Origin: Acidimicrobiia bacterium
Lineage (GTDB): Bacteria > Actinomycetota > Acidimicrobiia > Spongiisociales > UBA5794
NCBI GenBank assembly: GCA_030066265.1
Contig: JASJCF010000012.1
Coordinates: 1-51,994, forward strand
Length of the DNA stretch: 51,994 nt
Direction of reading: 5' to 3'
The notes under the pieces are model-generated. The model ran no database searches. It was not told the origin of the DNA and saw only the letters and a list, made by a program, of their open reading frames with translations. Positions 28,563 to 38,566 of the stretch are shown here, in pieces (position 1 is the stretch's first letter; every line of letters begins with the position of its first letter). The position numbers and the translations under genes are program-made.

Positions 28563-28566
28563 GGCG

Positions 28567-29565
28567 CTACGTCAACGTCGCGACCATGAGGGCCTTGATC
28601 GTGTGCAGTCGGTTCTCTGCCTGGTCGAACGCAACGCTCCGGGACGACTCGAACACGTCCTCGGTCACCTCGAGGCCATCCGGCATGTCGGTGTGATCCA
28701 TGATCTGTGCACCCACGGTGGTGTTCGCGTCGTGGAATGCCGGGAGACAGTGCATGAACTTGGTGTCCGGATTCCCCGTTGCCCGCATCATGTTGCCGTC
28801 GACCTGGTACGCCTTGACGAGAGCCACCCGATCGGTCCACACGTCCTTGGGCTCGCCCATGGACACCCAGACGTCGGTGTGGATGAAGTCCACGCCCTCG
28901 ACCCCCTCTCGCCAGTCTTCGGTGACGGTGACCCGCCCTCCCGTCTCGGCTGCGATCGACCGGGCGAGCTCCACGACATCTTCGGGTGGTTGGAGCGCCT
29001 GCGGTCCGATGAGCCGGAGGTCACTCCCCATCTTGGCCGCCATCACCGCGTGCGACCGGGCCATGTTGAAACGAAGGTCGCCGACGAATGCGTAGCTGAG
29101 ACGTGCGAAGTCCTTTCCGCTGGTCTCACGCATGGTTTGGAAGTCGGCGAGCATCTGTGTCGGGTGCCACTCGTCGGTGAGCCCGTTGTAGACAGGGACG
29201 CCCGCGTGCTCGGCGAGCGTCTCGATGTCGTCCTGGGACTTGCCCCGGAACTGGATGGCGTCGTACATCCGACCCAGGACCCGAGCAGTGTCGGCAATGG
29301 ACTCCTTGTGGCCCATCTGCGAGCTCGTGGGGTCGAAGAACGAGACGTGTGCACCTTGGTCGAAGGCAGCGACTTCGAAGGCTGCGCGAGTCCGCGTCGA
29401 GGTCTTCTCGAACAGCAAGGCGATGTTCTTCCCGGTCAGGGCCAGCTGCTCGGTTCCCGCTCGCTTCGCCGCCTTGAGGTCATCGGCCAACGCAATCAGA
29501 TCGCCGAGCTCATCAGGGGTGAAGTCGAGTGTCTTGGTGAAGCTTCGTCCAGTGAGTCCGAACAT
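28567..29565 (-). CDS. argF: Ornithine carbamoyltransferase
   Basis: [13 protein letters not shown] and HCLPA motifs. The start is set at MFGLTGRSF. It sits directly upstream of arcA in the same operon, so it is probably the catabolic (arcB-type) enzyme. Confidence 0.9.
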   Translation of the reverse strand: MFGLTGRSFTKTLDFTPDELGDLIALADDLKAAKRAGTEQLALTGKNIALLFEKTSTRTRAAFEVAAFDQGAHVSFFDPTSSQMGHKESIADTARVLGRMYDAIQFRGKSQDDIETLAEHAGVPVYNGLTDEWHPTQMLADFQTMRETSGKDFARLSYAFVGDLRFNMARSHAVMAAKMGSDLRLIGPQALQPPEDVVELARSIAAETGGRVTVTEDWREGVEGVDFIHTDVWVSMGEPKDVWTDRVALVKAYQVDGNMMRATGNPDTKFMHCLPAFHDANTTVGAQIMDHTDMPDGLEVTEDVFESSRSVAFDQAENRLHTIKALMVATLT

Positions 29566-29647
29566 GCGTACCTCCGGGTACAGGCCCATGACGGGCGGGC
29601 CGGCAGTCGTCACGACTGCGGGTCGCGATTGTGCCAGGCGCGGCGTG

Positions 29648-30376
29648 CTACGAGTGAGCGAGCCTCCTCGACTCGACCGCGGCACCGACACGGAGCACGG
29701 ATGCGGCCACCCCCTTGCCGATCATCCATCCCGCCACGACCTCCCTCGGGTAGTGGACGCCGCGGTAGATCCGAGAGAAGCCGATGCCCGCAGCGAGCGC
29801 ATTCAATGGCAGCCAGAGAGATGGAACATGCCGGCCGACGACCCCGGCGAAGGCGGAAGCGGAGGCCGTCTGTGCCGATGGCACGCTGGAGCCCGACGGT
29901 GTCTCGCCCTCCGAGTCGGCGACGGCCGCCGATGCCCGAGCGCGGCGGATGGTGGCGGCGGAACCGGCGCTGGTGACGCCGATGGCCAGCAGCCCTTCCC
30001 CCGCAGCTCGGCGTCCCCGTGCACCGCCGAAGACCGAGAGCAGCCCGGCGAAACCGATCAGCATGCGCGGCGCAGCCCTCGTGTCGGCGATGGGAGCAAC
30101 CGTCGCTTCGAGGAGCGGGAGCTTCCAGGTCGAGATGCGCTCGAACCACCGCCGATCGAGCTCCTCGAGATCATCGAGGAACTGGTTCCGCAGAGGAATC
30201 TCGGCGTGGATGTCGGGTGACGCCGATGGTGTCGCAATGGGCTCCACCACAGGATCGTACCTGACTCCCGAGAGACGGCCTGTGGACCCGCGGGTCCGGC
30301 GGATCTCTCGCTCACGTCGGACGATGACGGCGTGTTTCGAGAGGCCGGGGATCGCCGCGCAGGTGCTGCCTAGCAT
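29648..30376 (-). CDS. PAP2-family phosphatase (membrane)
   Basis: [16 protein letters not shown] matches PAP2 motif C3 (SRxxxxxHxxxD-like). The start codon is uncertain. Confidence 0.75.
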   Translation of the reverse strand: MLGSTCAAIPGLSKHAVIVRREREIRRTRGSTGRLSGVRYDPVVEPIATPSASPDIHAEIPLRNQFLDDLEELDRRWFERISTWKLPLLEATVAPIADTRAAPRMLIGFAGLLSVFGGARGRRAAGEGLLAIGVTSAGSAATIRRARASAAVADSEGETPSGSSVPSAQTASASAFAGVVGRHVPSLWLPLNALAAGIGFSRIYRGVHYPREVVAGWMIGKGVAASVLRVGAAVESRRLAHS

Positions 30377-30408
30377 CGGGGTCGACCAGCGAGTGAAGGA
30401 CGGGCACG

Positions 30409-32445
30409 GTGGTGATGCGTTTCGGTTCCATGGCGGTGACGAAGAAAGGTCTTGCGGAAGCCGCTGTTCGTGCCGCTGACTGGCTCAACCCCGTCACGAG
30501 CGATCCGGCGGCTCCGCTCAAGACGCTGTCGTTCATCGACGCATTTGGCCCCTCGTTGATGCCGCGTTCGTCGGTGCACCAGGGTCTTGCGGCCGGCGCG
30601 TCGGTGTTGATCGCCGAGCTGGTCGGCAGGGCGACGGAGGCCGGGGTGCAGAGGGCGATCCCCGACGATGCCGGGTTCGTGCAGCGCATGGGCGTGCGGG
30701 CGCTGGTCACCGGAGCGGGCTTCGGACTGACCAAGATCCCGCAGCGTCGGGACGAACCGACCCCGGTTGCGTCCATGCGCACGGTCGGACGGCTCGCCAT
30801 GGCGGGTGGGATCGGCGGGATGGTGTACGACGCAACCAGCGAACTGCGCCATCGCTACCCCGCTACGGGGCCGGTTCGTCCCATCCTGGTGGGCGTCGGG
30901 TCATTCCTCGGTGCTCTCGCCTACTCGGACACCCTCCTCGGGAAGCGCACCGCGATCATCCAGCGGTGGTCGGATGAGGACAAGCCGGCGAACATCTACG
31001 CCTCGCTCGGCATCGGTCTGGGTGTGGCCATGTTCGGGCGTGCCGTCGGCAGGGGGTTCATCGCCTCTCGCCAGTCGTGGATGGACTTCTACGGAGAGGA
31101 TGTCGTCCGCCGCCAGATCGGGCGAACCACCAACCTTGCGCTGTGGGGCCTCGGAGGGGCGGCGCTCTACAACGGCGTGGTCGGATACATCGCCCGGTCG
31201 AACGAGAAGATCGAGCCCGCGTACAGCGAAGTCCCCACGAGCGAGTTCGTGTCCGGAGGCCCGAAGAGCATCTCCCCGTTCCAGGAGCTCGGCCTGCAGG
31301 GCCGCCGCTATGTCACCGACGCAGTGACTCCCGACCTCATCGAAGAGGTGCTCGGCGAACCGGCTGTCGCGCATCCCATCCGCGCATACATCGGATACAA
31401 CAGCGAGCCGCTCTATTCCACCGGTCGCTCCGAGATGGCGCTCGAGGAGCTCGACCGCCTCGGCGCGTTCGACCGGCGGTATCTCCTCTTGTTCTGCCCG
31501 ACTGGTACCGGCTGGGTCGACCAGACGATGATCGAGTCCGCCGAGATCCTCTCCCGCGGGGACATCGCCACGATGTGCATCCAATACGGGCGATCGCCCA
31601 GCTTCCTGGCCGTCCAGAAGGTGGCTCTCGGTCGGCAGCAGTTCCGTCAGCTGCTGTGGGGCGTGAAGCAGAGGATGGCGGAGCGAGCGCCGGAGGATCG
31701 ACCAACCGTCCTCGTCTTCGGTGAGAGCCTCGGTGCGTGGTCGTCCTCCGATGTCGTGATGCACCAGGGCATTGCGGGATTCGACCAGTACGGCATCGAC
31801 CGAGCGCTCTGGTTCGGCCTGCCCGGCCTTGCGAAGTGGTCCAAGACCGGTATGCGCGAGGGTTCGGGCGATCTGGTTCCGGAGGGCACGGTGGGGGCGT
31901 TCGACAACATCTCGCAGTTCCACGAGTTGACGGACGAAGAGCGGGACCGCATGCGGGCGGTGATCGTCGATCACGACAACGATCCGATCGCCCAGGTGTC
32001 GCTCCGGCTCGCTGTCAAGCAACCGCGTTGGCTGGATCCGTCCGAGCCGAGGGGCCGCAACGTGCCTGACACCATGGAATGGGCGCCACTGCTGACGTTC
32101 CTGAACGTGGGTGTCGATGCCATGAACGCCATGAAGGTGATTCCCGGCCAGTTCAAGTCGTTCGGTCACGACTACCGCGGGGACACCGCCCAGTTCGTGC
32201 ATGGTGCGTATCGCTTCGATCCCGTGAGTGACGAGCAGATGGCCAACCTCGGCGAGGCGCTCACCCAGCTCGAGCTCGAGCGCGGGGAGCGCATCAAACG
32301 TGCCAAGGAGATCGCGGCGGAGATGACCGAGAAGGCACCCCGGCGGGCGCGCGGGCCGAAGTACTTGCGCGATCGCGGGCCGTCCGATGTCGATGTGCCG
32401 CTCATGGAGGCGACGCCGGGTGAGGCGAAGGCGGACGTGCAGTAG
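30409..32445 (+). CDS. Membrane-anchored alpha/beta-hydrolase family protein (Abhydrolase_9-like)
   Basis: Hydrophobic N-terminal region followed by a hydrolase domain with the nucleophile elbow FGESLGAWSS. The family call is from memory. Confidence 0.75.
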   Translation: MVMRFGSMAVTKKGLAEAAVRAADWLNPVTSDPAAPLKTLSFIDAFGPSLMPRSSVHQGLAAGASVLIAELVGRATEAGVQRAIPDDAGFVQRMGVRALVTGAGFGLTKIPQRRDEPTPVASMRTVGRLAMAGGIGGMVYDATSELRHRYPATGPVRPILVGVGSFLGALAYSDTLLGKRTAIIQRWSDEDKPANIYASLGIGLGVAMFGRAVGRGFIASRQSWMDFYGEDVVRRQIGRTTNLALWGLGGAALYNGVVGYIARSNEKIEPAYSEVPTSEFVSGGPKSISPFQELGLQGRRYVTDAVTPDLIEEVLGEPAVAHPIRAYIGYNSEPLYSTGRSEMALEELDRLGAFDRRYLLLFCPTGTGWVDQTMIESAEILSRGDIATMCIQYGRSPSFLAVQKVALGRQQFRQLLWGVKQRMAERAPEDRPTVLVFGESLGAWSSSDVVMHQGIAGFDQYGIDRALWFGLPGLAKWSKTGMREGSGDLVPEGTVGAFDNISQFHELTDEERDRMRAVIVDHDNDPIAQVSLRLAVKQPRWLDPSEPRGRNVPDTMEWAPLLTFLNVGVDAMNAMKVIPGQFKSFGHDYRGDTAQFVHGAYRFDPVSDEQMANLGEALTQLELERGERIKRAKEIAAEMTEKAPRRARGPKYLRDRGPSDVDVPLMEATPGEAKADVQ

Positions 32446-32500
32446 CGCAGGCCTCGATCGGCTCGAAACGTGACGGCGCAAGACCGGGGATAATGGCTGG

Positions 32501-34405
32501 ATGAGCTCACCGTATCGCGAACCCGTCGCTCGCCTGGCTCGCCTCGCCGGGGTCACCACCGACTGGGTCGACGCCTGGGGCGGAGAACAGCAGGTTGCCG
32601 AGCCCGACCTCCTCGCCGTCCTCGAAGCGCTCCTCGGAGTGCCGCTCGGCACCGAGTCGGATATCGAGGCTGCGATCAGAGACGGAGAAGCAGACCAGCC
32701 GGACATCAGCCCCGTTCTCGTCGCCTGGGATGGCTCCCTCCGCCCCGTTCCCGTGCCGGCCAGGGTGACCGAGGCGGCGATCGTTCTCGAGAGCGGCGAC
32801 GAGCTCCGGGCAACCGTCCTCGACGGCGAGGTCACCGTCCCATCGGTGCTTCCCCTCGGGTATCACCGGCTCGTGGTCGACGGCGGAGAGCAAGCATCGC
32901 ATGTCTTCGCCGCCCCGCGCGAGGCGCACCCTGCGCCCTACGGCGCGCTCGGATTGATCAGCCCGATCTACTCGCTCCGGTACGGCGATGCGGACGTCGG
33001 CGTCGGGGGCCTCGCCGAGCTCCGAGGTCTTGCCGACTTGTGCGAGTCCGTTGGGATCTCCGTTGTGGGCACCCTTCCTCTCCTGGCCGCCTTCCCAGAC
33101 GAACCATCGCCGTATGCCCCGGCGTCCCGTCGGGCATGGAACGAGTTGTTCATCGACTTCTCTCTGATCCCCGAGTGGGAGGGGGCCCTCCCCGTTCCCG
33201 CAGGGGACCCGCGATGGGTGGACTACGACGCAACGGGTCACGACATCCGTTCGCGGCTCGCTGCATACTCGGCGTTCGTCTCGCGAACACCGCGATTGCG
33301 AGAAGAGGTCGACCGCTTCCTGGACCAAGAGCCTGAGATGCGCCGCTATGCGGAGTTTCGGGCGCGAACAGACGAGCACGGTCAAGATTGGAGAGCCTGG
33401 CAAAAGGGTGTGGTCGCAGATCCGGAGAGGGTTGCGTACCACGAAACCGCGCAATGGCTGATGTCCGATCAGCTTTCGATGCTGTCCACCGATCTCCGAC
33501 GGCGAGGACAGTTCCTCTATCTCGATCTCCCCATCGGGTGTCACCCAGACGGATATGACATCTGGGATGATCCCGAACTGTTCGCACCGGCGTCCCTCGG
33601 TGCCCCGCCGGACACCCTGTTCGTGGGAGGTCAGGACTGGGGCCTTCCCGCATCGATACCGGACCGCAGCCGTCTCGATGGCCACGCCAACTTCCGCAAG
33701 GCGATCCGGCAGCAGCTGTCGGTCGCCGGTCTCCTGCGCATCGATCACGTGATGGGCATCCACCGAACGTGGTGGGTGCCCCGCGGGGCCGCTCCCACGC
33801 AGGGGGCATACGTGGCCCAGCCGACGGAGGAGCTCTTCGCAGTGATCTGCATCGAGTCCTGGCGAGCGGAGGCGGGTGTCGTCGGCGAGAACCTCGGAAC
33901 GGTCCCACCGGAGATCAATGAGGGCCTCGCCGACCATCGACTGCTGGGGATGGCGATGGCCCAGGACGGCAAGACGCCGCCGAAGGCGACTGACCTGGTT
34001 GCGCTCTCGAGCCATGACACGCCTGCATTCCCTGCGTGGTGGAACGGGAATGACGTGGACGACCTGCTGGATCTCGGAGTGTTCGACGAGGAGCGCGCTC
34101 ACGATGAACGATGGGAGCGCGGGGAAGCCATCGCCGCGCTCGAACAGCGTTTCGGGACGGAAGGCCCGATTGCCACGCGAGACGCCTTGATGCATTGGAT
34201 GGCGGGTACCGATGCGGCCGTCGCGCTGTTGAACCTCGATGACTTGCTCATGGAGGAACGCCGCCAGAACATCCCCGGTACCCACATGGAACGTCCGAAC
34301 TGGCGGGTGCGGCACGACGTGCCACTCGACACCATGGCGAGTGACGAGCAATTCACGAGCCGCCTCTCCAGCATCGCTCGGGAGCGCACGGGCGGCGACG
34401 GCTGA
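32501..34405 (+). CDS. malQ: 4-alpha-glucanotransferase (amylomaltase, GH77)
   Basis: LRIDHVMG, VGENLGTVP and SSHDTP motifs. It carries an N-terminal extension domain. Confidence 0.9.
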   Translation: MSSPYREPVARLARLAGVTTDWVDAWGGEQQVAEPDLLAVLEALLGVPLGTESDIEAAIRDGEADQPDISPVLVAWDGSLRPVPVPARVTEAAIVLESGDELRATVLDGEVTVPSVLPLGYHRLVVDGGEQASHVFAAPREAHPAPYGALGLISPIYSLRYGDADVGVGGLAELRGLADLCESVGISVVGTLPLLAAFPDEPSPYAPASRRAWNELFIDFSLIPEWEGALPVPAGDPRWVDYDATGHDIRSRLAAYSAFVSRTPRLREEVDRFLDQEPEMRRYAEFRARTDEHGQDWRAWQKGVVADPERVAYHETAQWLMSDQLSMLSTDLRRRGQFLYLDLPIGCHPDGYDIWDDPELFAPASLGAPPDTLFVGGQDWGLPASIPDRSRLDGHANFRKAIRQQLSVAGLLRIDHVMGIHRTWWVPRGAAPTQGAYVAQPTEELFAVICIESWRAEAGVVGENLGTVPPEINEGLADHRLLGMAMAQDGKTPPKATDLVALSSHDTPAFPAWWNGNDVDDLLDLGVFDEERAHDERWERGEAIAALEQRFGTEGPIATRDALMHWMAGTDAAVALLNLDDLLMEERRQNIPGTHMERPNWRVRHDVPLDTMASDEQFTSRLSSIARERTGGDG

Positions 34406-34475
34406 CCGGTCGCTCCTCACTGGCACCCCGCGTCACCTTTAGAATCGCGGACCCGCAATCCCGAGGATCTCCATC

Positions 34476-36455
34476 GTGTCTCCGCTGACCACGCGCACGC
34501 AACTCGAAGCTTGGCTCATCGCCGCCAGCACCAACTACTCGTGGACCTGGGACCGCCGGACCCAGCAGCTGTTCGGCAAGCTCCCCTCCGCCACGGCGGG
34601 GCTCCATCCGAAGATTCGCGTCCGCGCCCTCACCGATGCCGACTTCGACCGGTACCTCGCAGATGACGGATTCATCGAGGATGCGAGGGCAGCAGCCGAC
34701 CGGGTCCCGAACCCCGATCCCGCACCCAGTGCCCAGATCGCCTACTTCTCACCTGAATACGGGATCTCCGAGACGCTGCCCCAGTACTCGGGCGGGCTGG
34801 GAATCCTCGCAGGCGACCATCTGAAGGCCGCAAGCGACCTCGATCTTCCCCTCGTTGCGGTGGGCCTGTTCTACCGAGACGGCTTCTTCCATCAGTCGAT
34901 CACCGGGGGGCAGCAGCGAGAGCACTACGAACGAGTCGACCCGCGGTCGCTCGGTCTCGAGCAGATGCCGGGGATCGTCGATATCACCATGGACGACCGC
35001 ATCGTCAAGGCTCGCGTCTGGAGAGCCGATGTTGGGCGCACGAAGCTGTACCTGCTCGACACGGACCTCGAACTCAACGACGAACGCGGCAAGCGTGTCT
35101 CCGATCGGTTGTACAGCGGGGACCGCGAGCACCGGATCCGCCAGGAGCTCCTCATGGGGGTCGGCGGGGTGAGGGCTCTGCGTCAGCTCGGGTATCAGCC
35201 CGATGTCTTCCACCTGAACGAGGGCCACGCAGGCTTCCTCGCCCTCGAGCTGCTCGGGGAAGAGGTCGACAAGGGCCTCACCCTCGACGAGGCGATCGAG
35301 GCCGTCAGGCCGCACATCGTCTTCACGACGCACACGCCGGTGCCGGCAGGTATCGACCGGTTCCCGCACGACCTCATGGAGCGGTATCTGGGGGTGTGGT
35401 CGGATCGCTACGGCGTCAGCATCGACCAGCTCTTGGGGCTTGCGCACATGCCCGGTGAGGATGTCTTCAACATGGCGGCGTTCTGCCTGAGGATGTCGAG
35501 CCGTGCGAACGGCGTGTCCCAGCTCCACGGTTCCGTGAGCCGGGAGATGTTCTCCGAGGTGCCGGGCGGGTCTGAGATCACCGCCATCACGAATGGGGTG
35601 CACTCGAGGACGTGGATCGCGAACGATCTGCAGGCGACGCTCGATGACGAGATCGGTGTTGCATGGGACGACAGCGCTCCCGGTTGCTGGGACGGGGTCG
35701 ATGACATCGCCGACGACACCATCCGCAGTGTTCGACGAGCCGGTCGCCAGCGGCTCGTCGATTTCGTCACGGGCCGGGTGGGTGCGCGGCATGCCCTCGA
35801 TCCCGATGCCCTCACCATCGGTTTTGCCAGGCGTTTCGCAACGTACAAGCGCGCCGATCTGTTGCTCCGGGACGCCGATCGATTGACCGAGCTGCTTGCG
35901 TCCACCGATCGGCCTGTCCAGTTCGTCTTCGCAGGTAAGGCTCACCCCGCCGACGAGCCCGGCAAGGAGGTCCTCTCCCGGGTGGTCGAGTACGCATCGA
36001 GTGACGCTGCACATGGCCGCTTCCTGTTCATTCCCGACTACGAGATGGCGGTCGCCCGTGCGATGTACGCAGGCTGCGACGTGTGGTTGAACAACCCGAT
36101 TCGCCCGAACGAGGCGAGTGGAACCAGCGGCGAGAAGTCAGCCCTCAACGGCGGCCTCAACTTCTCGATCCTCGATGGATGGTGGGACGAGTGCTACGAC
36201 GGTGAGAACGGCTGGGTGATACCCACCTCCGAGGCCGACGATCGGGCGGTGCGCGACAGCGAGGAGGCATCGGCACTTCACGACGTCCTCGCATCGGAGA
36301 TCGTGAACCTCTTCTATCAGGACGGCGGGTCGATGAGCGCGGCTTGGATTGCCAGGGTCCGCCACAACTGGAAGACGCTCGGCCCGTTCGTGACCGCTCG
36401 CCGGATGGTTCGCGAATACGATGAGCGGCTGTATCGACCACACGGAGCGCCTTGA
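34476..36455 (+). CDS. glgP: Alpha-glucan phosphorylase (GT35, short actinobacterial/archaeal type)
   Basis: YFSPEYG...YSGGLGILAGDHLKAASDL, and the PLP-lysine region EASGTSGEKSALNGG. Confidence 0.9.
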   Translation: MSPLTTRTQLEAWLIAASTNYSWTWDRRTQQLFGKLPSATAGLHPKIRVRALTDADFDRYLADDGFIEDARAAADRVPNPDPAPSAQIAYFSPEYGISETLPQYSGGLGILAGDHLKAASDLDLPLVAVGLFYRDGFFHQSITGGQQREHYERVDPRSLGLEQMPGIVDITMDDRIVKARVWRADVGRTKLYLLDTDLELNDERGKRVSDRLYSGDREHRIRQELLMGVGGVRALRQLGYQPDVFHLNEGHAGFLALELLGEEVDKGLTLDEAIEAVRPHIVFTTHTPVPAGIDRFPHDLMERYLGVWSDRYGVSIDQLLGLAHMPGEDVFNMAAFCLRMSSRANGVSQLHGSVSREMFSEVPGGSEITAITNGVHSRTWIANDLQATLDDEIGVAWDDSAPGCWDGVDDIADDTIRSVRRAGRQRLVDFVTGRVGARHALDPDALTIGFARRFATYKRADLLLRDADRLTELLASTDRPVQFVFAGKAHPADEPGKEVLSRVVEYASSDAAHGRFLFIPDYEMAVARAMYAGCDVWLNNPIRPNEASGTSGEKSALNGGLNFSILDGWWDECYDGENGWVIPTSEADDRAVRDSEEASALHDVLASEIVNLFYQDGGSMSAAWIARVRHNWKTLGPFVTARRMVREYDERLYRPHGAP

Positions 36456-38566
36456 CCGCACCCATCTGGCCCGGAAGCGCGTACCCCCACGGAGCCACCT
36501 TCGACGGTGAGGGCACCAACTTCGCGCTGTTCGCCGAGAACGCCGAGCGCGTCGAAGTGTGCCTGTTCGACGAGGAAGGGTTCGAGACGCGGCTCCGCCT
36601 CCCCGAGACGACGGCGTTCGTCCACCACGGATACGTGCCGGGAATCATGCCCGGGCACCGCTACGGCTTCCGCGTCCATGGACCCTGGGCTCCCCGGGAG
36701 GGCCTCCTGTACAACCCGGCGAAGCTGCTGCTCGATCCCTATGCCCGTGCCATCGAAGGGGACGTCGCGTGGTCCGAGCGAGTGTTCCCGTATCAAGCGC
36801 ATCACCCCGACCGCATCGACGAGTACGACAACGCCGATGCGATGCCTCGTTCGATCGTCGTCGACAGCCGGTTCGACTGGGGCGAGTCGACCTCCCCGAG
36901 GTATGCGTTGTTCGAGTCGATCATCTACGAGACCCATGTGAAGGGGATCACGGCGGTGCACCCGGATGTCCCACCGGAGCTGCGCGGCACCTACGCCGGG
37001 ATGGCGACCCCGCCCGTCATCGAGCATCTCGTGAACCTCGGCGTGACGGCGGTGGAGCTGCTCCCGATCCACCACTTCGTCTCCGAATACGGCCTGATCG
37101 AGCGCGGCCTCACCAACTATTGGGGATACAGCAGCATCGGCTTCTTCGCCCCTCACTCCAAGTATGCGGCGTGGGGAGATCGCGGGCAGCAGGTCGACGA
37201 GTTCAAGACCTTGGTGAAGGCACTCCACGATGCAGGGATCGAGGTCATCCTCGACGTCGTGTACAACCACACCGGCGAAGGCGGCCCACTCGGGCCGGCT
37301 CTGTCGTTTCGCGGCATCGACAATCCGTCGTACTACCGACTCGACTCCACCCATCGCGACCGCTACATCGACTACACCGGGACGGGCAACACCCTCAACG
37401 TCCGGCACCCGCAGGTTCTCCGGCTGATCATGGATTCGTTGCGGTACTGGGTTCAGGAGATGCGTGTGGACGGGTTCCGTTTCGACTTGGCATCGGCGCT
37501 CGCACGGGACCTTCACGAAGTCGACAAGCTGGCGGCCTTCTTCGACCTCATCCATCAGGACCCCATCGTCAACCGCGTCAAGCTGATTGCCGAGCCGTGG
37601 GACGTGGGCGACGGGGGATACCAGGTCGGGAACTTCCCGCCCCTGTGGAGCGAATGGAACGGGAAGTATCGGGACGGTGTCAGGGACTACTGGCGTGGCA
37701 AACACTGGATGCTCGCCGACTTCGCATCGAGGTTCACCGGAAGCTCCGACCTGTACGGGTTCGCCGGACGGAGGCCCCATGCCTCGATCAACTTCGTCAC
37801 GGCGCACGACGGATTTACGCTGCGGGATCTGGTCTCATACGACGAGAAGCACAACGAGGCGAACCGAGAAGGCAACCGCGATGGCGAGAGTCACAACCGC
37901 TCGTGGAACTCCGGGGTGGAGGGTGAGACCGACGACGCCGAGATCCTCGCCCTCCGCAAGAAGCGGGCTCGCGCGATCCTCACCACGCTGATGCTCTCAC
38001 AGGGCGTCCCGATGATGCTCGGCGGAGATGAGATGTGGCGCACCCAGGGCGGCAACAACAACGCATATTGTCAGGACAACGAGATCTCCTGGTACGACTG
38101 GGATGAAGTCGATGGCGAGCTGCTGGACTTCACGCGGGAGCTGATCCGGCTCCGCAAGGCCCATCCCGTGTTCCGAAGGCGCCGTTGGTTCGAGGGGAGG
38201 AGCGTTCGAGGCTCAGACCATCGCGACATCGCCTGGTACAACACGGACGGTTCCCCGATGTCCGACGACGATTGGCAGCGCGGCTACGCCAAGTCCCTCG
38301 CCGTGTATCTCAATGGCCGCGGCATCGAGACCACCGACGCACGTGGGCGGAAGGTCATCGACGACAGCTTCCTGGTGTTGTTCAATGCCCACTCCGAGCC
38401 GGTGCGGTTCACCCTCGCCGACGACATCGCCGACCTCGAGTGGGACATCGTGCTGTACTCGGCCACAGGCCTCGCCCCCGAGCTCCCGGTGGAGTCGCCC
38501 GAGACGGGGGATGTCGACGGATGGTCGGTCGTCGTGTTGAAGAAGCAGAACGGAACTCTTGCGTGA
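36452..38566 (+). CDS. glgX: Glycogen debranching enzyme
   Basis: WPGSAYPHGATFDGEGTNFALF N-terminus, GH13 motifs VILDVVYNHT, GFRFDLAS, EPWD and FVTAHDGF. The TTG start overlaps the glgP stop (TTGA). Confidence 0.9.
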   Translation: MTAPIWPGSAYPHGATFDGEGTNFALFAENAERVEVCLFDEEGFETRLRLPETTAFVHHGYVPGIMPGHRYGFRVHGPWAPREGLLYNPAKLLLDPYARAIEGDVAWSERVFPYQAHHPDRIDEYDNADAMPRSIVVDSRFDWGESTSPRYALFESIIYETHVKGITAVHPDVPPELRGTYAGMATPPVIEHLVNLGVTAVELLPIHHFVSEYGLIERGLTNYWGYSSIGFFAPHSKYAAWGDRGQQVDEFKTLVKALHDAGIEVILDVVYNHTGEGGPLGPALSFRGIDNPSYYRLDSTHRDRYIDYTGTGNTLNVRHPQVLRLIMDSLRYWVQEMRVDGFRFDLASALARDLHEVDKLAAFFDLIHQDPIVNRVKLIAEPWDVGDGGYQVGNFPPLWSEWNGKYRDGVRDYWRGKHWMLADFASRFTGSSDLYGFAGRRPHASINFVTAHDGFTLRDLVSYDEKHNEANREGNRDGESHNRSWNSGVEGETDDAEILALRKKRARAILTTLMLSQGVPMMLGGDEMWRTQGGNNNAYCQDNEISWYDWDEVDGELLDFTRELIRLRKAHPVFRRRRWFEGRSVRGSDHRDIAWYNTDGSPMSDDDWQRGYAKSLAVYLNGRGIETTDARGRKVIDDSFLVLFNAHSEPVRFTLADDIADLEWDIVLYSATGLAPELPVESPETGDVDGWSVVVLKKQNGTLA

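Noticed and set aside
34440-34445. TAGAAT -10-like hexamer upstream of glgP as an internal promoter
   Set aside because: This is a single hexamer with no identifiable -35 or extended -10 element. It is too weak to annotate.
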